In this document: piece by piece, positions 61,701 through 64,000 of the stretch
How positions within the stretch are numbered: position 1 is the stretch's first letter
How the letters are laid out: each line of letters opens with the position of its first letter
Source: Folioceros fuciformis
Lineage: Eukaryota
Assembly: GCA_049999805.1 (NCBI GenBank)
Contig: JBNGIO010006003.1
Location: 71,897 to 135,896 of the forward strand
Length of the DNA stretch: 64,000 nucleotides
Reading direction: 5' to 3'
Made by a program: the position numbers and the translations under genes
The notes under the pieces: model-generated
What the model was told of the DNA's origin: nothing
Database searches by the model: none
Seen by the model: the letters and a program-made list of their open reading frames with translations, nothing else

Positions 61701-61802
61701 CGCACTTTCTAGCGCTCCCTCCGTCCCGAAATCTGCAAGCTCCAATAGGTCTTCAACAGCCCCCATCCTGCAGGGTCGATCAATACTGTACCACATAAAC
61801 AC
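58731..61802 (-). CDS. PLS-class PPR protein with E1-E2-DYW:KP domain (candidate U-to-C organellar RNA editing factor)
   Basis: About 23 P/L/S motifs, E1/E2, then KPARALIEV, HAEK, KNLRMCGHCH and C-terminus CSCGDSQ. Likely two small upstream exons from an ATG at 62200 splice to an acceptor at 61767. Confidence 0.95.
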   Translation of the reverse strand: MFMWYSIDRPCRMGAVEDLLELADFGTEGALESALEAVNVMHRRGISIPNDMLYILLKGCTATRNLEVGRRVHALSGQVGSALDCFMANYLIRMYAATGSLMEAERVFNTLAAPDTFVWASIISAHCDHGKAEQAIKLYVRMRQSSVRPTDFVLAAVLKSCASAGDLDSGKLIHADVVEYGFDTNVFVGSALVDMYAKCGSLETARYVFDNLPSTDVVTWNAMFAGYAQNGCGQEALSLYVKMQQEGKCPANHFTFVSILKACGNVGAIQEGKGIHAEVLKRGLEADIYIGSTLVDMYAKCGSLEEARGVFDRLQKKNVVTWSAMIAGYAQHGRGLEALQLYALMQQDGKLAGNHVTLVAVVKACGSVGHLEKGKQIHARVLERGLQADSSLGNCLLDMYIKCGSMEDAQRVFDKLPSKDVVSWTAMIAGYVHQGPVDEAHKLYMRMQGNGIVPNNATYAALFRACAIIGNLHEGRQIHVQILERGAEEDELVGSMLVDMYAKCRSLEDARRVFDRLLARDLVTWNVMIAGYAQHELGQEAIELFRSMFLSAAVPDNFTYVSILKACGSLGNLEEGRKVYAEVLARGLESDLCVGNALIDMFIKCGSMGDACVLFERLQTKDVATWNTLIAGCAEHGLGHDGLKAYFRMQQESLTPDLVTYSCVLKVCGKLGAIQEGQQIHADILHKGLENDAFVGSSLVDMYAKCGYLEDAQGVFDSTGRKDLVTWNALIGGYGQHNNCAMAMQCFARMQEEGVQPDAATFTCLLAACSHAGLVTEGQNYFTMMSRDYSIQPQVEHYNSLVDLLGRSGRLEEAATMLHTMPLQQDSIGWTSLLTACKAHNHVELARSCFHRLVNLVPQHASAYALMSDIYAEAGRWADVDQVETMMQSAGAQKKPARALIEVGSQVHEFIVGRSRDDTSAKLNSLNTLFEACRDSNPVLGPGPLQESEDALCKHAEKLALAFGLLNTPPGTTLVVSKNLRMCGHCHAGTKVISRIEHREIIIRDAHRVHRFKDGFCSCGDSQ

Positions 61803-62978
61803 AAGCTACTGACCCCAAATAGCTATCAACATGCCACTGCACGCCAAATACCTGAAAGAGTTTCCTTGGTTACATCCGTAGTCAACAACTGCGTCCCCAA
61901 CTAGTCCGTTCCTTGAGGGCAGGGCAGGAGCTCCCCCTGAACCCAAGTTTCGTCCAGTGCTTGATTGAGACCCAGGACAGAAGGTCCCCCTTGTCGTGCA
62001 GTGCATGAAGGCCGGATACATGCAGTTTCTCTGTGGTGATCACCGATAGTCAACTGGAAACTGTGGGCAAAGCAACGCTGGCCAGGTCTCAATGACCATC
62101 TCGAGCCTTGCACAACCCAACCAGATGGCAGGCAGATTGGAATCACAGCAGATTTTACCTTTAAGAACCCCCAATTCCACGACTGAGAGCGAGCGGCCAT
62201 GATTGTTGCCCCCATAACACCCCGGCCAATTGCAACACCTGCAAACCAGCTCAAACATCAACACCCATCCAGCAACCTCCTGCCAATCTAATCCGAGCCA
62301 TCACAGATACCCTGCGCATGACAACAGCTCACCATTTTCACATGGGTGGCGCTCAGCTGAGGCCCTTAAGGTCGACAAGCGCCTATACCATGCTTTCAAT
62401 GGCACGACAGGGCTGAATCTGCTCTGATTCAGCCAGGCCAGCACCATTCTTCCCTCAAGACGACCACTTCTCTTGGTCGCCCAGTGAGGTGACAGACTGC
62501 GGGGTAAGAAGTGCACAGGTACGCCTGGTACTGGGAAGCTGGACGTAGCGGCCTGAAACAGGCAGAACAGTAGTCGTTCTGTAGTTCATCGGGTGGATGA
62601 AGTCGTCCAGATACAACAAATCGTGTTCTCAGCTTTGATACATATATGTGAAACTTGCTGGGTACCGGCAAGTGACAGCATTGCGCACCTACAGCTATGG
62701 GTAAGTGCGCAAGACAAATTCTTGGTAGACCTTAGGGTTGTCTAGGGGTAGCTCTATGAAACGAGAAGGCGACAGCTTTCGATTCGACTCTTGAATCAGG
62801 ACAAGGTAGGCTGGATCCACTACAGGTGAATAGAATCAAAGCGTAGAACAGGGAAGGGCTCGTGCCAGGTATGGGGGCGTTGGAGAGAATGAGCTTGTGA
62901 GCTTTGGCTCATCAATCTTGGATCTGGGAATGTGAAATTGGCAGCTGTATCCATTGTTCCTGCTGGGGCCGTGGCGGA

Positions 62979-64000
62979 ATGGCGGTCTCGAACGGCGAGA
63001 CGGGTGAAGGTGTAGAGGAACGCATCAGGGGTATTCTGCGGGACCTGCATCTTCCGGAGACCAGGGCAGATCATGTTGCAGTGGATGGAGAGATCAGAGA
63101 AAGTCTGAAGAGCGATCAGGTGTTCTTCAAAGCATTTGCTGGTGCCTTAGTTCTGGCGGCTGAGAAAACTTGGCGCACAGGGGCAGGATCTGCGTGTTAC
63201 AAACTGTTAAGATGGTCATGTATTCTGATTAGAGAGTGCGCTGAGATCGTGTCTTCAAAATCTGCGTTCTCCAGGTTAGTTTCTGTACAGGGGTCTTTAC
63301 TCTACGGACTTGCAGGGGCGTCTCGTCGACTGCAAAATGCTAGCAATCGCGCTATATTGCAATTGCTTTCCCAGAAACCCAATCTTGCCAAGCGTTATGT
63401 GGCTGAGCTGCAGGGGAGTGCTGCCGATCCGGTCAGCAGCAGTGGACTCGCCAGAGTTCTCATTCAGCTTGCAACAAGGGATGCAGAGTTTCTTGAGGAG
63501 CACAGGGCAGCTTTCCTTGGACTGTATATCTCTCTGGTATGGTCGTCCAAGGAGAAGCCGTCCAGGAGGTTGATTGAAACATTCCGGCCTCTTCTGAGCA
63601 TCTTAAATCACAGTGAATTTGGGAACGTGGTGCAGCCTGCAGTGGTCAAAATGCTTCGCAGGAATCCGGAAACGGTGATGGACGCTGCCTGTGCTCTTTT
63701 CAGCTCAGTAAATTTGGACATGAGTAAATATGCTGTGGATGTCTACACAGCTATTCTCCCACAAGCTAGGCATAGTGATGAAGGGAGGCGGAAAGACAGT
63801 GCCACTGTGGTAGGCAACTTGGCTTTGCACACGAGTGACCAAAAGCTTGTACTGAGCATGTATCAGACTGTCAAGTCGGTGTTGGGCGGGTCTGAAGGAA
63901 AGCTGACATTCCCGTACCAAAGGGTGGGTATGATCGGAGCAATTTCGGCCCTATCGAGGACTGAAGGGGGCGAGCAAATTTCTTCTCTTGCTGCCTCAAT
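62979..64000 (+). CDS. GCN1: GCN1/ILITYHIA (eIF2-alpha kinase activator), 5' part; runs off the window end
   Basis: Open frame from the ATG at 62979, translated by hand: FFKAFAGALV..CYKLLRWSCIL..VKMLRRNPE..LDMSKYA..QARHSDEGRR..VLGGSEGKLTFPYQRVGM. Confidence 0.9.
   Translation, partial: MAVSNGETGEGVEERIRGILRDLHLPETRADHVAVDGEIRESLKSDQVFFKAFAGALVLAAEKTWRTGAGSACYKLLRWSCILIRECAEIVSSKSAFSRLVSVQGSLLYGLAGASRRLQNASNRAILQLLSQKPNLAKRYVAELQGSAADPVSSSGLARVLIQLATRDAEFLEEHRAAFLGLYISLVWSSKEKPSRRLIETFRPLLSILNHSEFGNVVQPAVVKMLRRNPETVMDAACALFSSVNLDMSKYAVDVYTAILPQARHSDEGRRKDSATVVGNLALHTSDQKLVLSMYQTVKSVLGGSEGKLTFPYQRVGMIGAISALSRTEGGEQISSLAAS

Overview
Compact nuclear DNA (about 50% GC, most introns about 80-150 nt) from a seed-free land plant. 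It is most likely a hornwort, inferred from a DYW:KP PPR gene and the short introns; a fern or lycophyte is not excluded. From left to right: a decayed retroelement accessory ORF; a truncated Ty3/Gypsy element carrying a nested solo LTR; a multi-exon coiled-coil gene not visible in the ORF track that resembles the synaptonemal-complex protein SCEP2 and contains a U12-type AT-AC intron; an SSR-rich intergenic island; an F-box gene; a DDX10/RH32-like helicase; an RBP45/47 RRM gene; a PGM-like histidine phosphatase; a TIR-bounded MULE/SWIM transposon; an organelle-targeted LEA; RPS16; DJ-1; an orphan spliced ORF with a duplicated exon+intron unit; a second RPS16 with a DJ-1 remnant (local duplication); GidA/MnmG; a MUT9-like/HD16 casein kinase; HLB1; a PLS-PPR DYW:KP candidate U-to-C editing factor; and the 5' end of GCN1/ILITYHIA. 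All homology calls come from motif recognition and recalled family sequences, not database searches.
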